Positions 1-7,078 of a stretch of DNA of 14,256 bases are shown piece after piece; positions within the stretch are counted from its first letter, which is position 1, and each line of letters opens with the position of its first letter. The stretch spans positions 1 to 14,256 of the forward strand of contig JAWOBF010000079.1 of the NCBI GenBank assembly GCA_046498225.1, in the 5' to 3' direction. Under the pieces are notes generated by a model that was given only the letters and a program-made list of their open reading frames with translations, was not told where the DNA came from and did no database searches. The stretch is from Candidatus Aegiribacteria sp. GTDB lineage: Bacteria; Fermentibacterota; Fermentibacteria; Fermentibacterales; JCC-6. A program made the position numbers and the translations under genes.

Positions 1-1341
1 CTCTGCGGCTGCGGGGAGGAGCTTCGGCTGGGAGTTGAGACCGGCGAGAGGAACGTGCCCTCCTTTCCCTGCCTGGATGTTACGATGGCGTCGGACCTGT
101 CCGGAGGACAGGGACGGGACGGCAGGATGCTATCCTACCGGGAAAGGCTGGCGGATTTTCTGGACAGGCTGGGCGGGTTTGAACGCGGCCGGCTGGCCGC
201 CGGGTGCGTATTGAGGAACACTCCCGTGGTGGAGAACAGTTTTGTCGGCCCCGGAGCTTTGATATCCAATGCCGCAGCGGTCAGGAACAGCACTCTCCTG
301 GGGGACGGGGAATGGGCGGCGGGGGTGACCGACGGAGCTCTTGTGAGGAACTCCATACTGAAATGGGGAGCCCTGGTGGACTCACTGGCCGTGGTGGAAT
401 CATCGATGGTAGGAGAGGCCTCCGTAGTGGAAAGGCACGGGAAGCTGACCTACTCCTTCCTCGGTCCCAATTCGGTGCTGGCGGAAGGCGAGATAACCGC
501 TTCACTGGCGGGGCCCTTTACCGCGGCGCATCATCAGTCCCTACTGATAGCGGCAAGGTGGCCGGAGGGAAGGGGGAACCTCGGATACGGCGCAAACGTG
601 GGCAGCAACCACACCTCGAGGCTTCCGGACCAGGAGATAAGGCCCGGGGAGGGAATGTTCTTCGGACTGGCCTGTTCGGTGAAGTTCCCGGCGGATTTTT
701 CCAGGGCGCCTTTCAGCATAATCGCCACCGGCGTCACGACGCTGCCCCAGAGGGTCACCTTCCCCTTCTCCCTCATCTGCGAACCGTTCCGGGACGTTCC
801 CGGCCTGCCCCCCGCCTACAACCAGATAATCCCCGGCTGGGTTCTCTCCGACAACATGTTCGCCGTGGCCAGGAACCACAGGAAGTTCACGGAGAGGAAC
901 AGGGCAAGGCGATGGAAACCCCGGGAGGGGGGCGTTGTGAGCGAGGATAGTGTCTCCATCATGATCGACGCCCTGGAAAGGCTGGAAGTGGATGAACAGA
1001 GGGACGTCTACACTGACAGCCACATACCCGGCCTGGGAAAGAACTTCATGACGGAGGAGCACAGGCTTCTGGCCATCGAGACCTACCGCTTCCATACACG
1101 ACTGTTCGCACTGGAGTCCCTGGACAGCCGGGATACAGAGGGCTCCGGGTCGTCCCCGGCAGCCGGAATACTGGAGAGGGATTATCCCCAAGCTTCCGAA
1201 GGTGAGCTGCGCGAACTTCGGGAGGAGATGCGCCTTGAGCTGCGGGAAGCAATATCCGCAAGCAGGCTGAAGGACCGCAGAAGGGGAGCCGCCATCATAG
1301 AGGATTACCTTCAGGTAAGGGACGGCGGCGGGGAACGGTAA
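1..1341 (+). CDS. DUF4954-family protein with left-handed beta-helix-like repeats (5'-truncated by the window edge)
   Basis: Frame +1 is open from base 1 (LCGCGEELRLGVETGERNV...) to TAA at 1339-1341, so the GTG at 55 is probably not the real start. Hexapeptide-like repeats (VENSFVGPGALI, VRNSILKWGALV, VESSMVGEASVV, LTYSFLGPNSVL) and the block GPFTAAHHQSLLIAARWPEGRGNLGYGANVGSNHTSRLPDQE...GMFFGL...FPFSLI...PGWVL resemble DUF4954 as I recall it. Confidence 0.8.
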   Translation, partial: LCGCGEELRLGVETGERNVPSFPCLDVTMASDLSGGQGRDGRMLSYRERLADFLDRLGGFERGRLAAGCVLRNTPVVENSFVGPGALISNAAAVRNSTLLGDGEWAAGVTDGALVRNSILKWGALVDSLAVVESSMVGEASVVERHGKLTYSFLGPNSVLAEGEITASLAGPFTAAHHQSLLIAARWPEGRGNLGYGANVGSNHTSRLPDQEIRPGEGMFFGLACSVKFPADFSRAPFSIIATGVTTLPQRVTFPFSLICEPFRDVPGLPPAYNQIIPGWVLSDNMFAVARNHRKFTERNRARRWKPREGGVVSEDSVSIMIDALERLEVDEQRDVYTDSHIPGLGKNFMTEEHRLLAIETYRFHTRLFALESLDSRDTEGSGSSPAAGILERDYPQASEGELRELREEMRLELREAISASRLKDRRRGAAIIEDYLQVRDGGGER

Positions 1342-1360
1342 CCCCGCGCATCGTTCCTGT

Positions 1361-1388
1361 TTGACAATTCATGGAATTCGCGTATAAT
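1361..1388 (+). promoter_or_regulatory. Sigma70 promoter of the permease-arsR operon
   Basis: Perfect TTGACA (1361-1366), a 16 nt spacer and perfect TATAAT (1383-1388), lying in an AT-rich intergenic gap. Confidence 0.9.
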
Positions 1389-1415
1389 ATATGAACATTT
1401 GCTCAACTGTTCAAT
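1387..1415. promoter_or_regulatory. ArsR/SmtB-family operator
   Basis: ATATATGAACATTTGCTCAACTGTTCAAT directly follows the -10. It contains TGAACA-tt-TGCTCA (6-2-6 core) and a wider TGAACA-N10-TGTTCA inverted repeat (1392-1413). The cognate repressor gene is in the same operon. Confidence 0.8.
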
Positions 1416-1429
1416 AGAAAGGAGAAACC

Positions 1430-2674
1430 CTGGAATTCCTCACCGAACTCTGGATAACGATGGCGGCCCTCGCTCCCTCGCTTCTGCTGGGCCTGCTGGT
1501 AGCCGGTCTGCTCCATGTTTTCGTAAAAAGGGACAGGATACTGGGCCATCTGGGAAGGCCCGGCTTCGTGAGCAGCGCCAAGGCCGCCATAGTTGGCGTG
1601 CCACTTCCGCTTTGCTCCTGCGGTGTCCTGCCGGCGGCGCTTGCCCTGAAGAGGGACGGAGCGTCCAGCGGGGCGGTAACCTCATTTCTCATCAGCACTC
1701 CCCAGACCGGGGTGGATTCCATAGCGGTGACCTGGGGGATCCTGGGCTGGCCGGTGGCCGCCGCGAAAGTCATCGCCGCCTTTGCCGCCGGCGTCATAGG
1801 CGGAACAGTAGCGGACACCACCGGAAAGGGGAAAGAGATAACGGGGAGGGCCATCGGCTGTGCCGGGGAGGAAAGCGGCTCCCTCGCCGCGAGGATATGG
1901 AACTACTCGGTGGGCACCATCTTCAGGGACGTATACGGCTGGATAGCGGTGGGCATAGTCGTATCAGCCCTTATAACTCTTTTGATGGAGCCGGGACAGC
2001 TTTCGCGCTACCCGGCGCTGGCAGGCCCTCTGGGGCTTCTGGCCGCCCTGGCGCTGGGAATACCTCTGTACGTCTGCTCGGTGGCCTCCGTTCCCATAGC
2101 CGCCGGGCTCATTTACGCCGGTTTTCCGGTGGGCAGCGCACTGGTATTCCTCATGGCGGGGCCCGCAACCAACGCCGCGACCATGGGCGCCGTCAGAAAG
2201 GCGCTGGGGGGAAGGGTCTTCCTGATATACATACTGACGGTGGTATTCATCAGCCTGGGAGCGGGATTGATACTCAACTCGCTGAACGTGCCCGTATCAG
2301 GCATTCACGCCCATGAACACGGTACCGGAAGCCTTGCCGGTCTGGCGGTTGCGGCGGCGGCGGTGGCCATGGCCCTGGGCATGCTGTGGTTCGCCCTGTC
2401 CGACCTCAGGGTTTTCCTCGGCAGGCTGTCCGGTCCCGGCGGGGGCAGCGGCGCAAGACGAGTCCTCAGGATAGAGGGCATGTCCTGCTCCATGTGCGAG
2501 AAGCGGGTGCGAGAGGCCCTGGACGGGCTGCCGGGAGTTAATGCGGAAAAGGTCTCGGCCTCGGAGGGGATAGCCGTGGTCCGGCTGAGGGCCGGAGATG
2601 GAAAGGCCTTGTCCGGAGCAGCGGAGGCCGTGGAGAAAGCGGGCTACAGGGTCACGGGGGTGAAGGATGAATGA
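1430..2674 (+). CDS. Heavy-metal permease (ArsP/DUF318, SO_0444-like Cu/Zn efflux transporter) with C-terminal HMA domain; start CTG 1430, alternatively ATG 1460
   Basis: Multiple hydrophobic segments; motifs GVPLPLCSCGVLP, FLISTPQTGVDSI, GIPLYVCSVASVPIAAGL and FLMAGPATN; His-rich HAHEH; C-terminal IEGMSCSMCEKRV...GYRV. SD AAGGAG at 1419-1424. Confidence 0.9.
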   Translation: MEFLTELWITMAALAPSLLLGLLVAGLLHVFVKRDRILGHLGRPGFVSSAKAAIVGVPLPLCSCGVLPAALALKRDGASSGAVTSFLISTPQTGVDSIAVTWGILGWPVAAAKVIAAFAAGVIGGTVADTTGKGKEITGRAIGCAGEESGSLAARIWNYSVGTIFRDVYGWIAVGIVVSALITLLMEPGQLSRYPALAGPLGLLAALALGIPLYVCSVASVPIAAGLIYAGFPVGSALVFLMAGPATNAATMGAVRKALGGRVFLIYILTVVFISLGAGLILNSLNVPVSGIHAHEHGTGSLAGLAVAAAAVAMALGMLWFALSDLRVFLGRLSGPGGGSGARRVLRIEGMSCSMCEKRVREALDGLPGVNAEKVSASEGIAVVRLRAGDGKALSGAAEAVEKAGYRVTGVKDE

Positions 2675-2960
2675 GACCGGAGAACTGGGGCTGCTGGCGG
2701 AACTGTTCCATCAGATGGCGGACACCACCAGGCTTGAACTGCTTACCTCGCTGAAAAAGGGTGAAAAGTGCGTGTGCGACCTGGCGGGTGCCACCAGTGT
2801 GAGCGTTTCCGCCGTTTCACACCAGCTTCGCTCCCTTCGGACAGCCAGGCTGGTCAGGAGCAGGCGGGAGGGAAGGCACGTGTACTACAGCCTGGATGAC
2901 GATCACGTGTCGTCCCTCATACAGACGGGCCTGGAACACGTGCGGGAGGCCGGAGGCTAG
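2667..2960 (+). CDS. ArsR/SmtB-family metal-sensing transcriptional repressor
   Basis: 97 aa with LF..MAD.TRL, EKCVCDLA, HTH SVSAVSHQLRSLR, wing RREGRHVYYSL and DxH-x10-HxxE. Overlaps the permease stop by 8 nt. Confidence 0.95.
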   Translation: MNETGELGLLAELFHQMADTTRLELLTSLKKGEKCVCDLAGATSVSVSAVSHQLRSLRTARLVRSRREGRHVYYSLDDDHVSSLIQTGLEHVREAGG

Positions 2961-4429
2961 AACCGTATGGCCGGGGCAAGAACGCCTTCAGGGTCGATCG
3001 TTTTTCTCACCCTGTTCATGCCCCTTATCTCCTCCGGGGAGTACATCAGGGGCAGGTAGGACTGCTTCAGCCTGCCCAGGCCGTGCTCGGCCGAGATGGT
3101 TCCGTCCATTTCAACGGCGGCCGCGGCTATTTCACGCATCGCCTCTTCTGCGGCTGCCAATGCCCCGGGACTCTCCGGCAGGGCGTTGGCGTGCAGATGC
3201 CCCTGTCCGGCATGGCCGAATATCAGGAAGGGAAGCTGTTTCCGTTCCAGTATATCCACGCATCTGTCGTAGTACTCCTTCAGCCTGCGGGGTTCCACGG
3301 CGCCGTCGGAGCCGAACTTGTGGATCTCGGGGAATTCATTTCTGAGTCGCGATATACGATTGTTGACAGATTCCGGCAGGGAGTGGCGCAGCTCCTTCAT
3401 CCTTCTTCTTTCCGCCGGTTCGAAGCCTCCCCATGCGGTATCCGGGTCAATTCCGCATTTCACCAGGAGGTCGTCGAGGGACACAAGGGTTTCCTCCAAC
3501 TCATCCTCGCCGCCGGCTTCCGCCGTGAGAAGAAGCACGAATTCGGCCTTGCCGGGAGGGGGCGGGAGTTCTCCCGGATGGTCGCGGAGGAAACTGACAC
3601 ATCGGCGGTCCATCATCTCCAGGGCCCGAAGCCGAAGAGTGGGGCCGGGGTAAAGGAGTGAGCGGTAGAGGTCCCAGAAGGAGGAAGAACTCTCAGGGAA
3701 GACGGCCAGGTCCATGAGGTACCGGGGCCGGGGGGCGAGCTTCAGTTCAGCCAGGGCTACCACTCCCAGTGTTCCCTCGGAGCCGATGAACAGGTCCAGG
3801 AGGTCCATATCCGGCCTGATATGGTAACCGGCGGCGTTCTTCGCAGGCTGCTCCGACCTGAGGGCCGGCAGTTCCATCCGTCCGATGAGAGGATGCGTGC
3901 AGACGCGGTCGCTGAACCGGTGGCCGCCGCGCCTCAGGACCACGGTCTTTCCGCCGGGCAGGACCACCGACGCCGACTCCACCCAGCGCCTGGTGGAACC
4001 GTACAGGAAGCTGCCTCCGCCCGAGGCGTCGGTTGCGATGGTGCCGCCCGCAGAGGCCGTCTCCTCCGTGGGGTCCGGCGGGTAGAAGTGTCCGGGCGCG
4101 TGGACCGCCAGGAATTCTCTCAGCTCCTCCAGGGTCACACCGCCCCCCACCCTTACGTTGCCGTTCTCCAACATCTCCATCCCCTTCATCAGAGAGGCCG
4201 ATAGAACCGCCCCTCCCCGGGGAAGCGCTCCACCGGCTACGCCGGTGAGACCGCCGGATACGGTTAGTTGAAGACCGGATTCGGCCGCCTCCCCCATGAA
4301 GTCCTCAGCCTCTTCCGGCGTTTCCGGCCATCCCGCCATTTCGCACCAGGCACCCGGAACGTTGGATTCGTCCTGAAGGATATCGGCGCACAGCTCCTCT
4401 ATTTTCTTCCTGCCCCTTACGGACCTCAT
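2957..4429 (-). CDS. FAD-linked oxidase (GlcD / D-lactate dehydrogenase-like D-2-hydroxyacid oxidoreductase)
   Basis: Motifs GGLTGVAGGALP, YPPDPTEETASAGGTIATDASG, KNAAGY, DLFIGSEGTLGVV, FGHAGQGHLH, ISAEHGLGRLK and IDPEGVL. Purine-rich SD AAGGGGGAAG precedes the ATG. Confidence 0.9.
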   Translation of the reverse strand: MRSVRGRKKIEELCADILQDESNVPGAWCEMAGWPETPEEAEDFMGEAAESGLQLTVSGGLTGVAGGALPRGGAVLSASLMKGMEMLENGNVRVGGGVTLEELREFLAVHAPGHFYPPDPTEETASAGGTIATDASGGGSFLYGSTRRWVESASVVLPGGKTVVLRRGGHRFSDRVCTHPLIGRMELPALRSEQPAKNAAGYHIRPDMDLLDLFIGSEGTLGVVALAELKLAPRPRYLMDLAVFPESSSSFWDLYRSLLYPGPTLRLRALEMMDRRCVSFLRDHPGELPPPPGKAEFVLLLTAEAGGEDELEETLVSLDDLLVKCGIDPDTAWGGFEPAERRRMKELRHSLPESVNNRISRLRNEFPEIHKFGSDGAVEPRRLKEYYDRCVDILERKQLPFLIFGHAGQGHLHANALPESPGALAAAEEAMREIAAAAVEMDGTISAEHGLGRLKQSYLPLMYSPEEIRGMNRVRKTIDPEGVLAPAIRF

Positions 4430-4486
4430 CTTCCCCCTTGTTCATTTTATGTGTTCGACCTGCCGGGGTTACCTGACCCGGAACCG

Positions 4487-4506
4487 ATTGTATAATTCAT
4501 ACTATA
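4487..4506. promoter_or_regulatory. Probable divergent promoter region
   Basis: AT-rich patch with TATAAT on + (4491-4496) and TACAAT (4487-4492) / TATAGT (4501-4506) on the - strand, between divergent genes. No convincing -35 found. Confidence 0.45.
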
Positions 4507-4553
4507 GCGGATGGGTTGCCGCAGCAGGAACACCGGCGGGAAGGATTATTCAT

Positions 4554-5813
4554 ATGGGTCAGACTTTTGCCGTTAAAGTCCTCGGCAGGGCAGCGGGCAG
4601 GACTGTCAGGGAGGGTGAGATAATCTTCGTGGAACCGGACCGCATACTCACCCATGACAACAGCGCGGCGATAATAGACAAGTTCAGGGGCGTCGATCCG
4701 GATGGAAGGGTCAAGTACCCCGACAGGATAGCGATCGTTCTGGACCACGTCATCCCCGCCGCCAGCAGCAAGAACGCCTCGGGGCACAGAAAGATACGTG
4801 AATTCGTCAGGGAACAGGGCATCGTCAACTTCTTCGACATCGGCTGCGGCGTATGCCACCAGGTGATGCCGGAGACGGGCCTGGTCACACCCGGTTCCAT
4901 AGTGGTTGGAAGCGACAGCCATACCTGCACCTACGGCGCATTCAATTCCTTCGCCACCGGTATAGACCGGACCGAGGCCGCGGGGATATGGATCACCGGC
5001 AGGACCTGGCTCCGTGTGCCGGAGACCATGAACGTGGAACTCACGGGGGCTTTCAACGCGGGGGTTTCGGCCAAGGACCTCATACTCACCATTATCGGTG
5101 AAGTGGGCGCTGGCGGAGCCAACTACATGGCTGTGGAATTCAACGGTCCCGGGGTGGGAGTGCTGAGGATGTCCGACAGGATGACCATCGCCAACATGGG
5201 CATCGAGATGGGAGCCAAGGTGGCCGCGTTCCCCTCCAACATAATCACCAGCCAATACTTCAGGGCGCTGGACATGGATATACCCGACGCTGTCTGGAGC
5301 GACCATGACGCCGAATACGCCCGGACCCTGGAGTTCGACCTCTCGGAGATAGGGCCGGTGGTGGCAAAACCCCACCAGGTGGACAACGTGGTCCCGGTGG
5401 AAGAGGTGGAGGGAACCCGTATAGACCAGGTCTTCCTTGGAACCTGCACCAATGGAAGGGTGGAGGACCTGAAGGCGGCGGCCGCCATCCTCAAGGGTGA
5501 GCGGGTGCATCCCGACGTAAGGATGATAGTGGGTCCGGCTTCAAGGAAGGAATTCCTTCGGGCGGACGCGGAAGGGTTGATATCCGACCTGGTGAAGGCC
5601 GGAGCCGTGATCCTTCCTCCCGGGTGCGGTCCCTGCCTCGGAGCCCACCAGGGCGCCCTCGCTCCCGGCGAGAGGTGTCTGTCCACGGCCAACAGGAATT
5701 TCCGGGGCCGAATGGGCGAGAAGGAGGCGGAGATATACCTGGCCAGCCCGGAGACCGCCGCGGTTTCCGCCATCGCCGGGAAGGTCACCGATCCCAGGGA
5801 GGTTCTGAAATGA
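4554..5813 (+). CDS. Homoaconitase / 3-isopropylmalate dehydratase large subunit (LeuC/HacA family)
   Basis: The real start is most likely ATG 4554 (MGQTFAVKVL, preceded by GGGAAGGA), not 4449. Motifs DH, GVCHQV, GSDSHTCTYGA, TIANMGIEMGAK, FLGTCTNGRVEDL, PGCGPCLG, STANRNFRGRMG and YLASP are present, with three Fe-S cysteines. Confidence 0.93.
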   Translation: MGQTFAVKVLGRAAGRTVREGEIIFVEPDRILTHDNSAAIIDKFRGVDPDGRVKYPDRIAIVLDHVIPAASSKNASGHRKIREFVREQGIVNFFDIGCGVCHQVMPETGLVTPGSIVVGSDSHTCTYGAFNSFATGIDRTEAAGIWITGRTWLRVPETMNVELTGAFNAGVSAKDLILTIIGEVGAGGANYMAVEFNGPGVGVLRMSDRMTIANMGIEMGAKVAAFPSNIITSQYFRALDMDIPDAVWSDHDAEYARTLEFDLSEIGPVVAKPHQVDNVVPVEEVEGTRIDQVFLGTCTNGRVEDLKAAAAILKGERVHPDVRMIVGPASRKEFLRADAEGLISDLVKAGAVILPPGCGPCLGAHQGALAPGERCLSTANRNFRGRMGEKEAEIYLASPETAAVSAIAGKVTDPREVLK

Positions 5814-6304
5814 CAGTTTTCTACTACCCTCAGAACGACATAAACACCGACCTGCTCTTCCCCGGAAAGTATACCTATACATGCTCCACAGGACCGGAGA
5901 TAAAGGAGCATCTCCTGGAGGACCTGGACCCATCCTTCGCCGGGAAGGTCCAGCCCGGGGACATCATCATCGCGGGTGAGAACTTCGGTTGCGGCTCCAG
6001 CAGGGAACAGCCCTCCCTGGGCCTGCGCTTCGTGGGTCTCAGGGCCATCATCGCAAAATCCTTCGCCCGGATATTCTACAGGAGCGCCATTAACCAGGGC
6101 CTTCTCCTCGTAGCCAGCCCCGAGGCGGTGGAGCACTACAGCGAAGGGGACCGGGTGAGTGTCGACCCCGCGGCTGGCAATGTGACCGTGGGCGACAGAA
6201 CGTTCGAATTTCCTCCCCTTCCCGACGAGATGCTGGAGATACTGGAGGACGGCGGGCTGCTGGCGCACATAAGGAAGAACTTCGACGGGGGAGAGGAAGA
6301 ATGA
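5810..6304 (+). CDS. Homoaconitase / 3-isopropylmalate dehydratase small subunit (LeuD/HacB family)
   Basis: ATG 5810 forms an ATGA overlap with the large-subunit stop, with SD GGGAGG upstream. Motifs DINTDLLFPGKY, GENFGCGSSREQ, AKSFARIFYRSAINQGL and ILEDGGLL. The ORF-track start at 5624 is over-extended. Confidence 0.93.
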   Translation: MTVFYYPQNDINTDLLFPGKYTYTCSTGPEIKEHLLEDLDPSFAGKVQPGDIIIAGENFGCGSSREQPSLGLRFVGLRAIIAKSFARIFYRSAINQGLLLVASPEAVEHYSEGDRVSVDPAAGNVTVGDRTFEFPPLPDEMLEILEDGGLLAHIRKNFDGGEEE

Positions 6305-6933
6305 TTCGCTTCGCAGTACACCTGCTTCTCATCGCCGTGTTCGCCTCGACGGCTCATTCAAATGAAGGAATCGAGATAAGGGTGGGCCCTATGATCTCGA
6401 ACCTGGCCCCGGTGGACACCGTCTACGAGAACAGGTTCCTCACGCCCGGCACCTCGGCGGGACTGGTAGTGGACGTGGATTCTCCGGGATTGCTGGATTT
6501 CAGGGTGACCGGGGAGTACTTCTGGAAAAATTCCTCTCCCACCGGGTGGGACGGAGAGGTAAGCGCTTTCCTGGTCTCGGTGATGCCGCTGGCCCGATTC
6601 GAGCCCATGCGGAAGTTCCATGTTTTCGCCGGGGCCGGAGGGGTATACATATCAGGCAGTTACAGCGGTACCGACGATTTCGGGGAATTCGTGGAGGCGG
6701 AGGGTAGCTCCGCCGGCTTCATCCTTTCCCTGGGAGCGGAGGTCGTCCTGGTCGGGCCCATTTCCGGCAGACTGGAGTACAGGAGGTCCTTCGCCGATTT
6801 CAGGACAGACAACGCTGTCATCGACGGTCAGGTAGCGTCCATCTACCCGGCCGCGGAAGCCGACCTGGGAAGCTCCCAGTTCTGTATAACATTTCCGGTC
6901 AGCCTTTTCGGGGGCAAGGAATCCCTTCTCTGA
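6301..6933 (+). CDS. Secreted protein, probable small outer-membrane beta-barrel
   Basis: Sec signal peptide MIRFAVHLLLIAVFASTAHS; alternating amphipathic strands (LDFRVTGEYF, FHVFAGAGGVY, GFILSLGAEV, ISGRLEYR); SD GAGG and an ATGA overlap with the upstream gene. Confidence 0.7.
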   Translation: MIRFAVHLLLIAVFASTAHSNEGIEIRVGPMISNLAPVDTVYENRFLTPGTSAGLVVDVDSPGLLDFRVTGEYFWKNSSPTGWDGEVSAFLVSVMPLARFEPMRKFHVFAGAGGVYISGSYSGTDDFGEFVEAEGSSAGFILSLGAEVVLVGPISGRLEYRRSFADFRTDNAVIDGQVASIYPAAEADLGSSQFCITFPVSLFGGKESLL

Positions 6934-6938
6934 TATTG

Positions 6939-6967
6939 TTGACGGAGACGGGTATTTTCTATAGTAT
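6939..6967 (+). promoter_or_regulatory. Sigma70 promoter for tRNA-Thr and probably glmM-glmS
   Basis: TTGACG (6939-6944), a 17 nt spacer and TAGTAT (6962-6967), followed by a GC-rich discriminator-like stretch of 13 nt before the tRNA. Confidence 0.75.
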
Positions 6968-6980
6968 CCAGGGCTCCGGA

Positions 6981-7056
6981 GCCGGCGTAGCTCAGCTGGC
7001 AGAGCAGCGCATTCGTAATGCGCAGGTCAACGGTTCGAACCCGTTCGCCGGCTCCA
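6981..7056 (+). tRNA. tRNA-Thr(CGT)
   Basis: 76 nt cloverleaf: acceptor GCCGGCG/CGCCGGC, D arm GCTC/GAGC, anticodon arm GCGCA-TT CGT AA-TGCGC, T arm AACGG-TTCGAAC-CCGTT, discriminator T and encoded CCA. Confidence 0.98.
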
Positions 7057-7078
7057 TTCCACTTTTTCAGGAAGTTCT

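Noticed and set aside
1328..1363. Two alternative hairpins over the DUF4954 stop (GCGGGG/CCCCGC and GGAACGGT/ATCGTTCC followed by TGTTT) as a terminator or switch
   Set aside because: The stems are short, the loops large and the U-tract poor; such pairings are expected by chance at this GC content.
4449..4553. 35 aa N-terminal extension of the dehydratase large subunit, or a leu-type attenuator leader
   Set aside because: The extension crosses the promoter-like region, while ATG 4554 has an SD and a family-typical start. No Leu- or Lys-rich leader peptide or terminator is visible.
6981..7078. tRNA as the integration site of a genomic island
   Set aside because: No integrase is present, I found no duplicate of the tRNA 3' end in the window, and core genes follow immediately.
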